Assembly: GCA_945897865.1 (NCBI GenBank)
Contig: CAMDHJ010000002.1
Span: 1,900 to 65,899 of the forward strand
From: Tepidiphilus sp. J10
GTDB lineage: Bacteria; Pseudomonadota; Gammaproteobacteria; Burkholderiales; Thiobacillaceae
Length of the DNA: 64,000 nucleotides
Direction of reading: 5' to 3'
In this document: positions 1-9,750 of the stretch, piece by piece
Numbering within the stretch: position 1 is the stretch's first letter
How the letters are laid out: each line of letters opens with the position of its first letter
Translations under genes and position numbers: made by a program
The notes under the pieces: model-generated
What the model saw: only the letters and a program-made list of their open reading frames with translations
The model's database searches: none
What the model was told of the DNA's origin: nothing

Positions 1-355
1 TGTATTGGTATTTGTCGGAATCCAGGCTCTGGCCATTCGGAATGTAGACGCAAATCACGCGGACGCCGTCAACGGTGGCGGCCAGAACGCGCTTCTGTTC
101 GTCGGCGAAACCAGGAATGCCGGCTTGCACGTCGGTCATCGGCAAGCGGCTCAGAATCGCCACGCCGTTGTAGGTTTTCTGGCCGGAGAATGCGCTGTCA
201 TAACCTGCATCGCGCAGTGCATCGGCCGGAAAGACATCGTCAGTCTGCTTGGTTTCCTGCAAGCAGACCACATCCGGCAAGGCGCTTTGCAGCCAATCGA
301 GCAGATGTGGCAAGCGGACTTTTAATGAGTTGACGTTCCAGGTGGCGAGTTTCAT
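1..355 (-). CDS. xthA: exodeoxyribonuclease III, N-terminal part (gene runs off the window start)
   Basis: Absent from the ORF track because no stop lies in the window. Reverse complement from the ATG at 355-353 reads [37 protein letters not shown]...[10 protein letters not shown]...VICVYIPNG, a typical Xth/APE1 (EEP fold) N-terminus. Confidence 0.8.
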   Translation of the reverse strand, partial: MKLATWNVNSLKVRLPHLLDWLQSALPDVVCLQETKQTDDVFPADALRDAGYDSAFSGQKTYNGVAILSRLPMTDVQAGIPGFADEQKRVLAATVDGVRVICVYIPNGQSLDSDKYQY

Positions 356-409
356 GACGCGGATTATCATTGCCAATCTTATGTCGCGACAACTGATACC
401 CCGAACACC

Positions 410-1498
410 ATGCAAACCCTGACCGTAGAACTCGGCGACCGCGCCTATCCCATCCACATCGGCCCCGGCCTGCTCGACCGCGCCGATCTGGTGCTGCCGC
501 ATCTGGTCCAGAAACGGGCGGTGATCGTCACCAATACCACGGTCGGTCCGCTGTATCTGGAGCGATTCGCGACAACACTGCGCAATGCCGGCGTGCAAGT
601 CGATTCGGTCGTATTGCCGGATGGCGAGGTGTACAAGAACTGGGAAACGCTGAACTTGATCTTCGACGGCCTGCTGACCCAGCGTGCCGAGCGCAAGACC
701 ACGTTGATCGCGCTTGGTGGCGGCGTCATCGGTGATTTGACCGGTTTCGCGGCAGCCTGCTATCAGCGCGGCATGCCGTTCATCCAGATTCCCACCACGC
801 TGCTGGCGCAAGTCGATTCCTCGGTCGGAGGCAAGACCGGCATCAATCATCCGCTCGGCAAGAACATGATCGGCGCCTTCTACCAGCCGCAACTGGTGCT
901 GGCCGATACGGAAACGCTGAACACGCTACCGGCACGCGAGTTGTCGGCCGGTCTGGCGGAAGTCATCAAGTACGGGTTGATCCGTGACCTGCCGTTTCTG
1001 GAATGGCTGGAAACACACATGGATGCTTTGATGGCGCGCGACACCACGGCACTGACTTACGCCATTCACCGTTCCTGCGAGAACAAGGCGGAAGTGGTGG
1101 CCGCCGATGAACGTGAATCCGGCCAGCGCGCCCTGCTCAATCTGGGCCACACCTTCGGCCACGCGATCGAAACCGGCATGGGTTACGGCAACTGGCTGCA
1201 TGGCGAAGGCGTCTCCGCCGGGACGATGCTGGCGGCTGATCTGTCCCGCCGCCTGGGAATGATTTCTAACGACGACGTGGATCGCATCGCAGCGCTATTC
1301 CAGCGCGCCGGATTGCCGGTGATCGCGCCCGATCTCGGTTACGACGCCTACATGGATTACATGGGCGTAGACAAGAAAGTGGAAGCCGGGCGCATCCGCT
1401 TCGTGCTGTTCAAAAAAGTGGGCGACGCCTATGTCACGGGCGAGTACGACCCGAACGCCTTGCGCACAACCTTGACCGAAGCAGTAGGAAAAGCCTGA
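410..1498 (+). CDS. aroB: 3-dehydroquinate synthase
   Basis: 362-aa ORF with the AroB glycine loop [14 protein letters not shown] and metal-site motifs [11 protein letters not shown] and HGEGVSAG. The length is typical. Confidence 0.95.
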   Translation: MQTLTVELGDRAYPIHIGPGLLDRADLVLPHLVQKRAVIVTNTTVGPLYLERFATTLRNAGVQVDSVVLPDGEVYKNWETLNLIFDGLLTQRAERKTTLIALGGGVIGDLTGFAAACYQRGMPFIQIPTTLLAQVDSSVGGKTGINHPLGKNMIGAFYQPQLVLADTETLNTLPARELSAGLAEVIKYGLIRDLPFLEWLETHMDALMARDTTALTYAIHRSCENKAEVVAADERESGQRALLNLGHTFGHAIETGMGYGNWLHGEGVSAGTMLAADLSRRLGMISNDDVDRIAALFQRAGLPVIAPDLGYDAYMDYMGVDKKVEAGRIRFVLFKKVGDAYVTGEYDPNALRTTLTEAVGKA

Positions 1499-1514
1499 TA
1501 AATAGAAAACATAA

Positions 1515-1549
1515 TTTCCATTAAGTGCAATATTTGCCGATAATGGAAA
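1515..1549. promoter_or_regulatory. 9-bp inverted repeat TTTCCATTA-N17-TAATGGAAA at the hipB start (candidate HipB operator)
   Basis: Read directly: tttccatta at 1515-1523 and taatggaaa at 1541-1549. The right arm contains the first ATG of the HTH gene. Its function is inferred from position only. Confidence 0.35.
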
Positions 1550-1860
1550 CCATGTTTTCTGAAAATATCAGCGCCACCCTGCAACAACTCGGCGACCGCC
1601 TGCGCGCCGAGCGCGTTGCGCGCAACGAATCGCAAACCCGCTTCGCGGCGCGTATCGGCGTTTCCGTGCCGACCCTGCGTCGCATGGAACAAGGCGACGC
1701 CACCGCGCAGATCGGCCACTGGCTGACCGCATTGACGCTGCTGGGCCGCATCGCCGACGCGGAAACCCTGCTCGCGCCGCGCTACAGCCTGTTCGACGCA
1801 GCGGCGCGGGCGGAAAAGCCCGTGCGCCAGCGCGCCAGAAGAAAAGCACTGGCGGCATGA
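1543..1860 (+). CDS. hipB: XRE-family helix-turn-helix antitoxin (HipB-like)
   Basis: HTH segment ESQTRFAARIGVSVPTLRRMEQGD. The stop overlaps the hipA start (ATGA at 1857-1860). The track start at 1525 is GTG and the first in-frame ATG is 1543, so the exact start is uncertain. Confidence 0.75.
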   Translation: METMFSENISATLQQLGDRLRAERVARNESQTRFAARIGVSVPTLRRMEQGDATAQIGHWLTALTLLGRIADAETLLAPRYSLFDAAARAEKPVRQRARRKALAA

Positions 1861-3068
1861 TCCGCCTTGATCTCTGGTTAACGCTGACCACCGGCGAACA
1901 GCTGCGCGCCGCTGAACTGGTGTTCGGCGATGCCGACCGGCAGGGCCGCTACGCCAGCGCACTGCGCTACACGCCTGAATACCTGGCCGATGCGCGCGCC
2001 TTCCCACTTGACCCGGCTTCACTGCCTTTGCAAGCGGGTGATTTTTCCGGCCAGCAACTCGATCCCCCGCTGCTGGCATTGGAAGACGCCTTGCCCGACG
2101 ACTGGGGTCGGCGCTTGCTGATCCTGCGCCACGCTCTGCCGCGCGGTCGCCAGTCGGAGCCGCATCTGATGCAGGCACAGGCCGGGCAGGGCCTTGGCGC
2201 CTTGAGCTTCCACGCGCCAGGTCAGACACCGGGGGAAGAAGCCCACGCCGCCGCGCTGCTTGAACTCGATGCCCTGCTCGATGCCGCACAACGGCTGGAA
2301 AAGGAAGGCAGTGCTACCATCGACGCCAACACGCGCAGCCTGCTGGCTGCCGGCAGTTCGCCCGGCGGCGCACGGCCGAAAGTGCTGGTGCAGGACGCTG
2401 AAGGCCAATGGATCGCCAAACTCCCCAGCCGGCGCGACGACGTCGACATGGTCGGCCTGGAAGCCACCAGCCTGGAACTGGCGCGACTGGCCGACCTTGA
2501 AGTGCCGGATTTCCGGCTGGTCGAACTCACCGCTTCGCGCCGCGCATTGCTGGTCAAGCGTTTCGACCTGACCGCGCAAGGTGGCCGCCATCACATGCTC
2601 AGCTTCCGCGCCCTGTTGCAAGCCGGCGGCTATTACGTGCTGCGCTATCTCGACCTGATCGCCGCCTTGCGACAGTACGGCGCAAACCCGGAACATGACG
2701 TGCCACAGATGTACCGGCAGATGGTGTTCAACGCGCTGCTCGGCAACACCGACGATCACCTGAAGAATTTCTGGCTGCTGGCCGATGCCGGCGGTTATCG
2801 CTTGTCGCCTGCCTTCGATCTGCTGCCGGACACCGGCGCGAGGCGCGAACATGTGTTGCTGTTCGATCTGACGCCGCTGGCGCCTGCGCCCGCCGAACTC
2901 GCCGCGCTCGGCCGCAAATGGGGCGTCAGCGGCGCCGCCAACATCTGCCAGGAAGTTGAAGCCACCGTCATGCGGTTTGCTGAAATCGCCGCCGGCAAAA
3001 ATGTGCCGGAAACAGAAATCCATCGCTTTGAACAGGACATCGCCCGTCGGTGTCGCACCGAGAGGTAA
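1857..3068 (+). CDS. hipA: HipA-family serine/threonine kinase toxin
   Basis: 403 aa. It has a HipA N-terminal coupling region, [11 protein letters not shown] (ATP-binding loop) and the catalytic motif [14 protein letters not shown]. It is translationally coupled to the upstream HTH gene. Confidence 0.85.
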   Translation: MIRLDLWLTLTTGEQLRAAELVFGDADRQGRYASALRYTPEYLADARAFPLDPASLPLQAGDFSGQQLDPPLLALEDALPDDWGRRLLILRHALPRGRQSEPHLMQAQAGQGLGALSFHAPGQTPGEEAHAAALLELDALLDAAQRLEKEGSATIDANTRSLLAAGSSPGGARPKVLVQDAEGQWIAKLPSRRDDVDMVGLEATSLELARLADLEVPDFRLVELTASRRALLVKRFDLTAQGGRHHMLSFRALLQAGGYYVLRYLDLIAALRQYGANPEHDVPQMYRQMVFNALLGNTDDHLKNFWLLADAGGYRLSPAFDLLPDTGARREHVLLFDLTPLAPAPAELAALGRKWGVSGAANICQEVEATVMRFAEIAAGKNVPETEIHRFEQDIARRCRTER

Positions 3069-3070
3069 CC

Positions 3071-4195
3071 ATGTCTGAACTTGCTCCCTATGCCGCCCGT
3101 TCCGCCGAATCGCAAGGCCGTCGCCATCCGGAACCGGCCGCCGCGCCGCGTTCCGAATTCCAGCGCGACCGCGACCGCATCGTGCATTCCACCGCCTTCC
3201 GCCGGCTGGAATACAAGACTCAGGTGTTCATCAACCACGAAGGCGACCTGTTCCGCACCCGCCTGACGCACAGCCTGGAAGTCGCCCAGATCGGCCGCAC
3301 GCTGGCGCGCATGCTGGGCCTGGACGAAGACCTGACGGAAACCCTGGCGCTGGCGCACGACCTCGGCCACACCCCGTTCGGTCATGTCGGCCAGGACGTG
3401 CTCAACGCCTGCATGAAGGAACACGGCGGCTTCGAGCACAACCTGCAATCGCTGCGCGTGGTGGATGCACTGGAACAGAAATACGCCGAATTCGAAGGCC
3501 TCAACCTGACCTTTGAATCGCGTGAAGGCATTCTCAAACACTGCTCAGTGAAGAATGCCGAAAAACTCGGCGACGTCGGCCGCCGTTTCATCGAAGGCCG
3601 GCAACCGTCGCTGGAAGCGCAGATCACCAACCTGGCCGACGAAATCGCCTACAACAACCATGACGTCGATGATGGTCTGCGCTCCGGTCTGATCACGGTA
3701 GAACAACTGGAACAGGTGGAAATCTTCGCGCGCCATCTCGATACGGTGCGCAACCTCTACCCCGACCTGAACGACCGCCGCCTGATCCATGAAACTGTGC
3801 GTCGGATGATCAACACGCTGGTGGTCGACATGCTGCAACAGACCCGCGCCAACATCGCGCTGCACAACCCACAAAGCCTGGACGACGTGCGTCGCTGCCC
3901 GTCGCTGGCCGCGTTCAGCGAACGCATGTTGGAGGAACACCGCGAACTCAAGCGCTTCCTGTTCCAGAACCTGTATCGCCATTACAAAGTCGTGCGGATG
4001 AGCGAAAAAGCGCAACGTCTGCTGCGCGACCTGTTCACTGCGTTCAGCGCCGAACCGCGTTTGATGCCGCCGGAACACCACGCCCGCGCAGATCAAGACC
4101 CCTACCGCGCCGTATGCGACTACATCGCCGGCATGACCGACCGCTACGCGATCCGCGAACATCGGCGGATTTATGACATCGAGGAATTGGCGTAA
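3071..4195 (+). CDS. dgt: dGTP triphosphohydrolase-like HD-domain protein
   Basis: [34 protein letters not shown] and [12 protein letters not shown] are the Dgt-type HD motifs. The ATG at 3071 follows GAGG and lies 2 nt after the hipA stop (the track start at 3050 overlaps hipA). Confidence 0.9.
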   Translation: MSELAPYAARSAESQGRRHPEPAAAPRSEFQRDRDRIVHSTAFRRLEYKTQVFINHEGDLFRTRLTHSLEVAQIGRTLARMLGLDEDLTETLALAHDLGHTPFGHVGQDVLNACMKEHGGFEHNLQSLRVVDALEQKYAEFEGLNLTFESREGILKHCSVKNAEKLGDVGRRFIEGRQPSLEAQITNLADEIAYNNHDVDDGLRSGLITVEQLEQVEIFARHLDTVRNLYPDLNDRRLIHETVRRMINTLVVDMLQQTRANIALHNPQSLDDVRRCPSLAAFSERMLEEHRELKRFLFQNLYRHYKVVRMSEKAQRLLRDLFTAFSAEPRLMPPEHHARADQDPYRAVCDYIAGMTDRYAIREHRRIYDIEELA

Positions 4196-4249
4196 CGCGG
4201 GAAATGCAAGTGAAAACCGGGCTTGTCAATGGCAACGCCAGGCGTCGAG

Positions 4250-4783
4250 TCAGAACAGAAGGAATTTGAATCCCATCAAGATCAGGACGGTACCGCCGAA
4301 GATTTCCGCTTTGCTTTCCAGCCAGGTGCCGCTTTTCATGCCGACGAACACGCCGGCAACGCTGAACGCAAACGTGATCATGCCGATGACCAGGCAGGCG
4401 ATATAGGGATTGGCGTCCAGCAAGGTCAAACTGAATCCGGCTGCCATCGCGTCAATACTGGTGGCAATGGCCAGAATCAGCATCACCTTGTTGGTAATGA
4501 CTGAAATCTCTTCTTCCATGTTTTCCTGAACACCTTCATAAATCATTTTCGCGCCGATCAACACCAGCAATCCGAAGGCGATCCAGTGGGTATAGTTTTC
4601 TATCCAGCCCAAAACTCCCTTGCCGCCCAAATAGCCGACCAACGGCATCAATGCCTGGAATACGCCGAAAAACACTCCGGCTTTCAATGCGAGATTGGGT
4701 GTGTTTTTCTTGGCGCCCAAGCCGATGGAAACGGCAAACGCGTCCATGCTGAGCGCGATGGCGAGAATAATGACTTCGATCAT
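4250..4783 (-). CDS. mntP: manganese efflux pump MntP
   Basis: It has two internal repeats of the MntP/DUF204 type ([13 protein letters not shown] and [12 protein letters not shown]) and six predicted TM segments. The start is taken at [10 protein letters not shown] (ATG at 4783-4781) rather than the track start at 4870. Confidence 0.85.
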   Translation of the reverse strand: MIEVIILAIALSMDAFAVSIGLGAKKNTPNLALKAGVFFGVFQALMPLVGYLGGKGVLGWIENYTHWIAFGLLVLIGAKMIYEGVQENMEEEISVITNKVMLILAIATSIDAMAAGFSLTLLDANPYIACLVIGMITFAFSVAGVFVGMKSGTWLESKAEIFGGTVLILMGFKFLLF

Positions 4784-4891
4784 GATGTTTATCGGGTAGT
4801 TGAATGAGACGAAAGCCCGAGGATATGCGAGCCGGAGCATCGACTTTAAGGAAATCAGGTCATGCCTCACCCCGGATTAAACGAGCCGTAC

Positions 4892-5036
4892 ACCAATGGC
4901 ACTTACTTAAGCGCAAAACGACTGAAACTACCGCACACGTCATTCCTGTGAAGCGGGAATCCAGTGGTTTTTTACCCTGCCAGGATTCCCGCATTCGCGG
5001 GAATGACGGTGAATTTTGGCTTAAGTAAGTGCCATT
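4892..5036. mobile_element. MITE-like non-coding element (145 bp) with 18-bp terminal inverted repeats and a 10-bp direct duplication
   Basis: The direct repeat cgagccgtac occurs at 4882-4891 and 5037-5046. Terminal inverted repeats are aatggcacttacttaagc (4895-4912) and gcttaagtaagtgccatt (5019-5036). The interior holds two opposed REP hairpins, gtcattcctgtgaagcgggaatcc and ggattcccgcattcgcgggaatgac. No ORF lies inside. Confidence 0.55.
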
Positions 5037-5232
5037 CGAGCCGTACTTGAATTATTTTTCTTAAGTGCAGAACATCAGCGGATTCATGAAATCGTCCTTC
5101 TCCTCGTTGGCGACAAGCTGCTGCTACCGCCCTAAGCAAGCGAATTAGTTACACAATAAACGGATTGCTTGGGCAGGCCAGAAACTCTGGCCTGCCCAGG
5201 ATCGCATTCCTAACGACGACCGGAGACCCGCT

Positions 5233-5619
5233 GTGCAATCCCCCACAACCCCGAGTCGCCCCCCCATGACTCGACGCGGGACCAAAGCCACTTCTGCCTG
5301 CCCGCAATGCGGCGAGCACCGGCTGGTGCCCATCAGCCGGCGTGGCATAGACCGTTTTCTCGGCCTTTTTTTCAGGCTGCGGCGGTTTCGCTGCAACAAC
5401 GTCGAATGCGGCTGGCAAGGCAATCTGGTCAAATCGCAGGTACTGCGCCGATCGGTGGAGCACCTGCCGCAAGTTAAAGAAAAGCGGCTCAATTTGTTGA
5501 TCAAAATCGGCAACATAATCATGCTGACACTGATCCTGATCATTCTGGTTGCCTTGATCGTCGGCTGGATCGACGGCTCGCTTGAAGGCTACGAGGGATT
5601 GTTCAGCCGCGAAGGTTAA
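5233..5619 (+). CDS. hypothetical zinc-ribbon protein with a C-terminal TM helix
   Basis: Two Cys pairs (CPQCG...CNNVECG) are followed by the hydrophobic stretch IIMLTLILIILVALIVGWI. The start is ambiguous (GTG at 5233 or ATG at 5266). I recognise no family. Confidence 0.4.
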   Translation: MQSPTTPSRPPMTRRGTKATSACPQCGEHRLVPISRRGIDRFLGLFFRLRRFRCNNVECGWQGNLVKSQVLRRSVEHLPQVKEKRLNLLIKIGNIIMLTLILIILVALIVGWIDGSLEGYEGLFSREG

Positions 5620-5764
5620 GCTTCAGTCTGCCGCTTCAGGCGGACTCGGCCAAGCTCCTGCGCCAGTTGGATTCGCTAAAGAATCAACCTGCGATACCGA
5701 TAGTGGGTCCACGCTCATGCGAATTGACACCACAGCGCCTGCAAACCCCACTCGGAGTACTTCA

Positions 5765-6655
5765 ATGGCACCTAAACGCTTGATTTCTCGGTTGTTCATT
5801 TTGCTGGCCTGCGCGCTCCTCACATCCCAGGCCATGGCCGCGGACCTGCCGGAAATCAAGTCGCGGGGAGAATTGCGTCATCTCGGCATCCGCTATGCCA
5901 ACTTTGTCACCGGCGCCGGCGATGGTTTTGATGTCGAACTAGCGCAGGGCTTTGCCAAGCATATCGGGGTCAAGTACCGCTTGGTCTACACCGACTTCTA
6001 TTCGGTGATTCGCGACCTGATTGGCAAGAATGTGGTGCGCAAGGGCGATGAAGTGACCCTGGAAGGCAACTTCCCGATCAAGGGAGACATGATTGCGACC
6101 GGATTCACCGTGTTGCCGTGGCGGGAGAAGGTATTGCTCTACTCGCAGCCCACCTTCCCTTCCCAAGTGCTGTTGATCGCCCCTGCCGAATCGTCGCGCA
6201 AGCCGATCAAGGGCAGTGACAACCTGGCCAGCGACATCAAGGAAACCAAGGCGCTGATCGGAAAACAAAGCCTGCTGGTGATGGAGAAAACCTGTCTCGA
6301 TCCGGCTAATTACGGCCTCAAGGGGGGCGGTGTAGAGCTGAAAACCTATACCAAGAGCTCGAACATCAATGAAATGGTGCCGGCGCTGCTGAATCGTGAC
6401 GCCGATTTGTCCTTGCTCGACGTGCCCGATGTCATCCTTGACCTGAAAAAATGGGCGGGGAAATTCAAGGTACTCGGACCGATCTCGGAAGAGCAGGCTC
6501 TGGCCGCGGCTTTTCCCAAAGATGCACCCTTGCTGCGCGACGCGTTCAACGACTACCTTCGCAAGATCAAGGCGGACGGCAGTTACGACAAGCTGGTGAA
6601 CAAGTATTACCCCGGCATTCGCCGCTACTTCCCGGAATTCTTCGCTAAGAAATGA
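5765..6655 (+). CDS. periplasmic solute-binding protein, family 3 (amino-acid/PBPb type)
   Basis: The start is taken at MAPKRLISRLFILLACALLTSQAMA (signal peptide), and the mature part has the two-lobe SBP_bac_3 character (LRHLGIRYANF..., GFTVLPWREK, DLSLLDVPD). The track start at 5582 adds an implausible 61-aa leader. Confidence 0.75.
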   Translation: MAPKRLISRLFILLACALLTSQAMAADLPEIKSRGELRHLGIRYANFVTGAGDGFDVELAQGFAKHIGVKYRLVYTDFYSVIRDLIGKNVVRKGDEVTLEGNFPIKGDMIATGFTVLPWREKVLLYSQPTFPSQVLLIAPAESSRKPIKGSDNLASDIKETKALIGKQSLLVMEKTCLDPANYGLKGGGVELKTYTKSSNINEMVPALLNRDADLSLLDVPDVILDLKKWAGKFKVLGPISEEQALAAAFPKDAPLLRDAFNDYLRKIKADGSYDKLVNKYYPGIRRYFPEFFAKK

Positions 6656-6689
6656 GCCGCGCAAAGCCACATAGAAAACCCGCCAATCG

Positions 6690-9389
6690 ATGAATTCCTT
6701 CGGGCTGGTCAAACGCTGGCCGCACTTGGTTGCGGTCATTCTTGCTACCTATGCCTTGGTGTTGCTGGGCAATGTCTTTCGCTCCCAGGATCAGCTTCGC
6801 GCCGCCGCCGAGGCACGCCTGCTGGCGGACAATCGGCAACTGGCTGGCGTGCTTGCCGACTTCGTGGCCGACCAGCGGAATACCGCGCTGGATTTGGCCG
6901 CCAGCCACGAGATTGAAAGTTATCTGGTCAACAAGGCATTGGGCATGTCGCTCAGATATGGCCTGTATGCCAATCTGGATGCGATAGAGGAACGCTTTCG
7001 CGGCAAATCGGAACAGAAAATGGTGCGTGGGACGCCGGTCTACCAACGCATCATTTATTTCGACGAAACCGGCGCCCCGGTGGCGGATACCGCCGCTGGC
7101 GAGGCCGCTATCGCGTTGCCCGCCGGGGCGGCAGACAAGCCGCAACTTCAGATCGACCGTGCGCGGGGACAGCTTGTTGCCGCCGCGCCGGTGCTGTATC
7201 GCGGCACGCCAAGCGGCAGCGTCGTCACCGTTTCCGACCTCGGCCTGCTCTATCGCTATCTGCTCAGCGCGACGCCGGAGCGCGACATCCGCCAGATTCT
7301 GTTAACCGAATCCGGCCAGGAATTGACCACCACCGGCCAGCCCCCATCGCTAAACGCGACCGAGGCCAAGGCCCTGGCGGCGCTTCCGACCGACAAACTC
7401 ACCAGCCTGACCTCGACGCCAAACTTGCACCGGTTGGCGGATGAATACGGCCTGGCGATTCGGGTGCCGATCGCCGAACTGCCGCTCTCGCTTGCCACTG
7501 TGCTGGATGAGGCGGAAGTCTTCGGTCATATCACCTCGCGCCGTTTTCTTTATGCAGCCAGCGCGGTGCCGCTGATCATTCTGCTGGTCGCATTCATGTT
7601 CAGCCGGATCCAGCAACGCGCCGAGAAGCTTGCGCAGGATTTCGCCGAATCCGACCAGCGCCGCGTCGCCTTGCAAGACCAGAATCAGGTGCTGGCCGAC
7701 GAAATTTCAAGGCGTGAGGCGGTCGAACGCAAACTGCGCGAAAAAAGCAGCCAACTCGAAACGATGGCCGACGAACTGCGCGAAAGCGCCTTGCAGGCGG
7801 AATTGGCCAGCCGCGCCAAATCGGATTTTCTCGCCACGATGAGCCATGAAATCAGAACACCGATGAACGGCATCATCGGCATGACCGACCTGGTGCTGGA
7901 GACATCGCTGAACGACGAGCAGCAGGAATACCTCAACATCGTCAAGACCTCGGCGGACGGTCTGCTGGTGATCATCAATGACATCCTTGATTTCTCCAAG
8001 ATCGAAGCCGGCAAACTCAGCCTTGAGTCAATTCCCTTCAATCTTTCCACGCTGATCCGCAACACCCTGAAGCCGTTGGCGGTTCACGCGGCGGACAAGG
8101 GGCTGGAGTTGTTAAGCGAAATTCCCCCGGATGTCCCCGCCGAGCTGATCGGCGACGCCGGCCGATTGCGCCAGATACTGGTCAACCTGATCGGCAACGC
8201 CATCAAATTCACCGAAACGGGGGAGATCCTGCTCAAAGTTGAACTGGATGGGACGACGAACGGCAAAGCCCAGATTCACTTGATGATCAGCGACACCGGC
8301 ATTGGCATTCCAGCTGAAAAACAGCAATTGATCTTCCAGGCGTTTTCTCAGGAAGACACCTCGATTACTCGCCGCTTCGGCGGCACCGGCCTTGGTCTGA
8401 CGATCTCCAGCCGCATTGTCGAGTTGATGAACGGACGCATCTGGGTGGAAAGCCAGATCGGACAGGGCAGCACCTTCCACCTTTCGATTCCATTCGAAAT
8501 CGACCGCAATGCCGCAGACACCGAGCCCGACATCGATCTGCATGGGTTGAGTGCGCTGGTGGTGGATGACAACGCCACCAACCGCAAAATCCTCGACCGC
8601 GTGCTGAAGCGCGCCGGCATGCGGGTGTTCGAAGCGGAAGACGGTCCCGTCGCTTTGAACATGCTGGCGGCGCGCCTTGCGACGCAAGAAAGCTTCGATA
8701 TCGTCATCACCGACTATCACATGCCTGCGATGGACGGATTTGAAATGGTCCAGCGCATCCGGGCCATGCCGCAAGCCGCCGGCCTGAAAGTGATCATGTT
8801 GTCCTCCGGCAATATTCGCGGTCACGCGGCTCGCTGTCGCGAGCTGGGCATCACCTCAAATTTCTCGAAGCCGGTCAATCATGCCGACCTGATCCACGCC
8901 ATGGCTGCGCTGCTGCGCGGCAGGCAGAAGCCGGTCCATGCCACGCCGCCGGATCCGGTCCAAGCCAGCCAACAAGTCACCCCGCTGCGCATCCTGGTCG
9001 CCGAAGACAATGCGATCAATCAGAAGGTAATCACCGCATTGCTCAGCGGCAAGCTGGGTCATCACATCACCCTCGCCAAAAATGGCCGTGAAGCAATCGA
9101 ATTGCATACGCGGGAGCATTTCGACCTCATCCTGATGGACATCCACATGCCGGAAATGGACGGGCTGGATGCCGTCCGCCTGATTCGCGCGCGGGAGTCC
9201 GGCCAGGAATCCAGCCAGGAGCGGGCTGACCGGATTCCGGTCTACGCGCTCACTGCGGCGGCCTTGCCGGAAGAACGTGAGCAAGGCATGGCGGCGGGTG
9301 TCGATGGCTACCTGACGAAGCCGATCAACGTGAAGGAACTGCAACACGTTCTGGCTACTATTGGCGCCTCATCCCCCAGAACAACCTGA
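6690..9389 (+). CDS. hybrid sensor histidine kinase with two receiver domains
   Basis: It has TM1, a roughly 270-aa periplasmic region, TM2 and a coiled coil. The H-box is [14 protein letters not shown] and the HATPase N/G boxes are [12 protein letters not shown] and DTGIGI...GGTGLGL. REC1 is [14 protein letters not shown]...[11 protein letters not shown] and REC2 is [13 protein letters not shown]...[11 protein letters not shown]. No HPt motif was seen. Confidence 0.9.
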   Translation: MNSFGLVKRWPHLVAVILATYALVLLGNVFRSQDQLRAAAEARLLADNRQLAGVLADFVADQRNTALDLAASHEIESYLVNKALGMSLRYGLYANLDAIEERFRGKSEQKMVRGTPVYQRIIYFDETGAPVADTAAGEAAIALPAGAADKPQLQIDRARGQLVAAAPVLYRGTPSGSVVTVSDLGLLYRYLLSATPERDIRQILLTESGQELTTTGQPPSLNATEAKALAALPTDKLTSLTSTPNLHRLADEYGLAIRVPIAELPLSLATVLDEAEVFGHITSRRFLYAASAVPLIILLVAFMFSRIQQRAEKLAQDFAESDQRRVALQDQNQVLADEISRREAVERKLREKSSQLETMADELRESALQAELASRAKSDFLATMSHEIRTPMNGIIGMTDLVLETSLNDEQQEYLNIVKTSADGLLVIINDILDFSKIEAGKLSLESIPFNLSTLIRNTLKPLAVHAADKGLELLSEIPPDVPAELIGDAGRLRQILVNLIGNAIKFTETGEILLKVELDGTTNGKAQIHLMISDTGIGIPAEKQQLIFQAFSQEDTSITRRFGGTGLGLTISSRIVELMNGRIWVESQIGQGSTFHLSIPFEIDRNAADTEPDIDLHGLSALVVDDNATNRKILDRVLKRAGMRVFEAEDGPVALNMLAARLATQESFDIVITDYHMPAMDGFEMVQRIRAMPQAAGLKVIMLSSGNIRGHAARCRELGITSNFSKPVNHADLIHAMAALLRGRQKPVHATPPDPVQASQQVTPLRILVAEDNAINQKVITALLSGKLGHHITLAKNGREAIELHTREHFDLILMDIHMPEMDGLDAVRLIRARESGQESSQERADRIPVYALTAAALPEEREQGMAAGVDGYLTKPINVKELQHVLATIGASSPRTT

Positions 9390-9405
9390 GCATGAACATC
9401 ACCTG

Positions 9406-9750
9406 ATGATCCAATTTCCCGCATCCATCGCCGCCTGGCATACACCCGATTTCACCGAGGTGTTCAAGGCGGAAGTGAAACAACTCGACTCCGATCTGCT
9501 GCCGCTGCAGCAAGGCCTGGCGCATTCCAGCAGCGCCAATGGCGCGAATCTCGGCGTCACGGTCTTGAATCTGACGGAAACGCCGGACACCATTCAGGTC
9601 AAAGCCGGCCTGTTTTACAGCGGCATCATTGCCGGCTGCAGTTGCGCCGATGACCCAACCACCCAGCATGAAGTCAACGAATACTGCGAGGTACGCTTCT
9701 CCATCAACAAACACAGCGGTGAAGCGACAGTTACGCTATTGCGGGATTAG
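9406..9750 (+). CDS. hypothetical protein (114 aa)
   Basis: ORF immediately after the kinase. The ATG at 9406 avoids overlap with the kinase stop. The 3' end overlaps the convergent RND gene by 15 nt. I recognise no motif. Confidence 0.35.
   Translation: MIQFPASIAAWHTPDFTEVFKAEVKQLDSDLLPLQQGLAHSSSANGANLGVTVLNLTETPDTIQVKAGLFYSGIIAGCSCADDPTTQHEVNEYCEVRFSINKHSGEATVTLLRD

Noticed and set aside
1429-2289. 286-aa Arg-rich ORF antisense to hipB/hipA, and the 5-325 plus-strand ORF antisense to xthA.
   Set aside because: The opposite strands carry clear HipA and Xth motifs. These frames have extreme Arg/Ala/Gly composition.
4895-4912. TGGCAC in the MITE arms (and at 29221), considered as possible sigma-54 -24 elements.
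   Set aside because: The downstream spacing gives TAAGC or ATGCA rather than TTGC at -12. One site is within coding sequence and the other is part of the terminal inverted repeat.
5047-5140. A yybP-ykoY Mn2+ riboswitch upstream of mntP, considered as a feature call.
   Set aside because: Only a partial resemblance to the conserved core (AGGGCGGUAGC) could be seen by eye. I could not build the four-helix architecture with confidence, so it is kept as a hypothesis under the MITE finding and not called as a feature.
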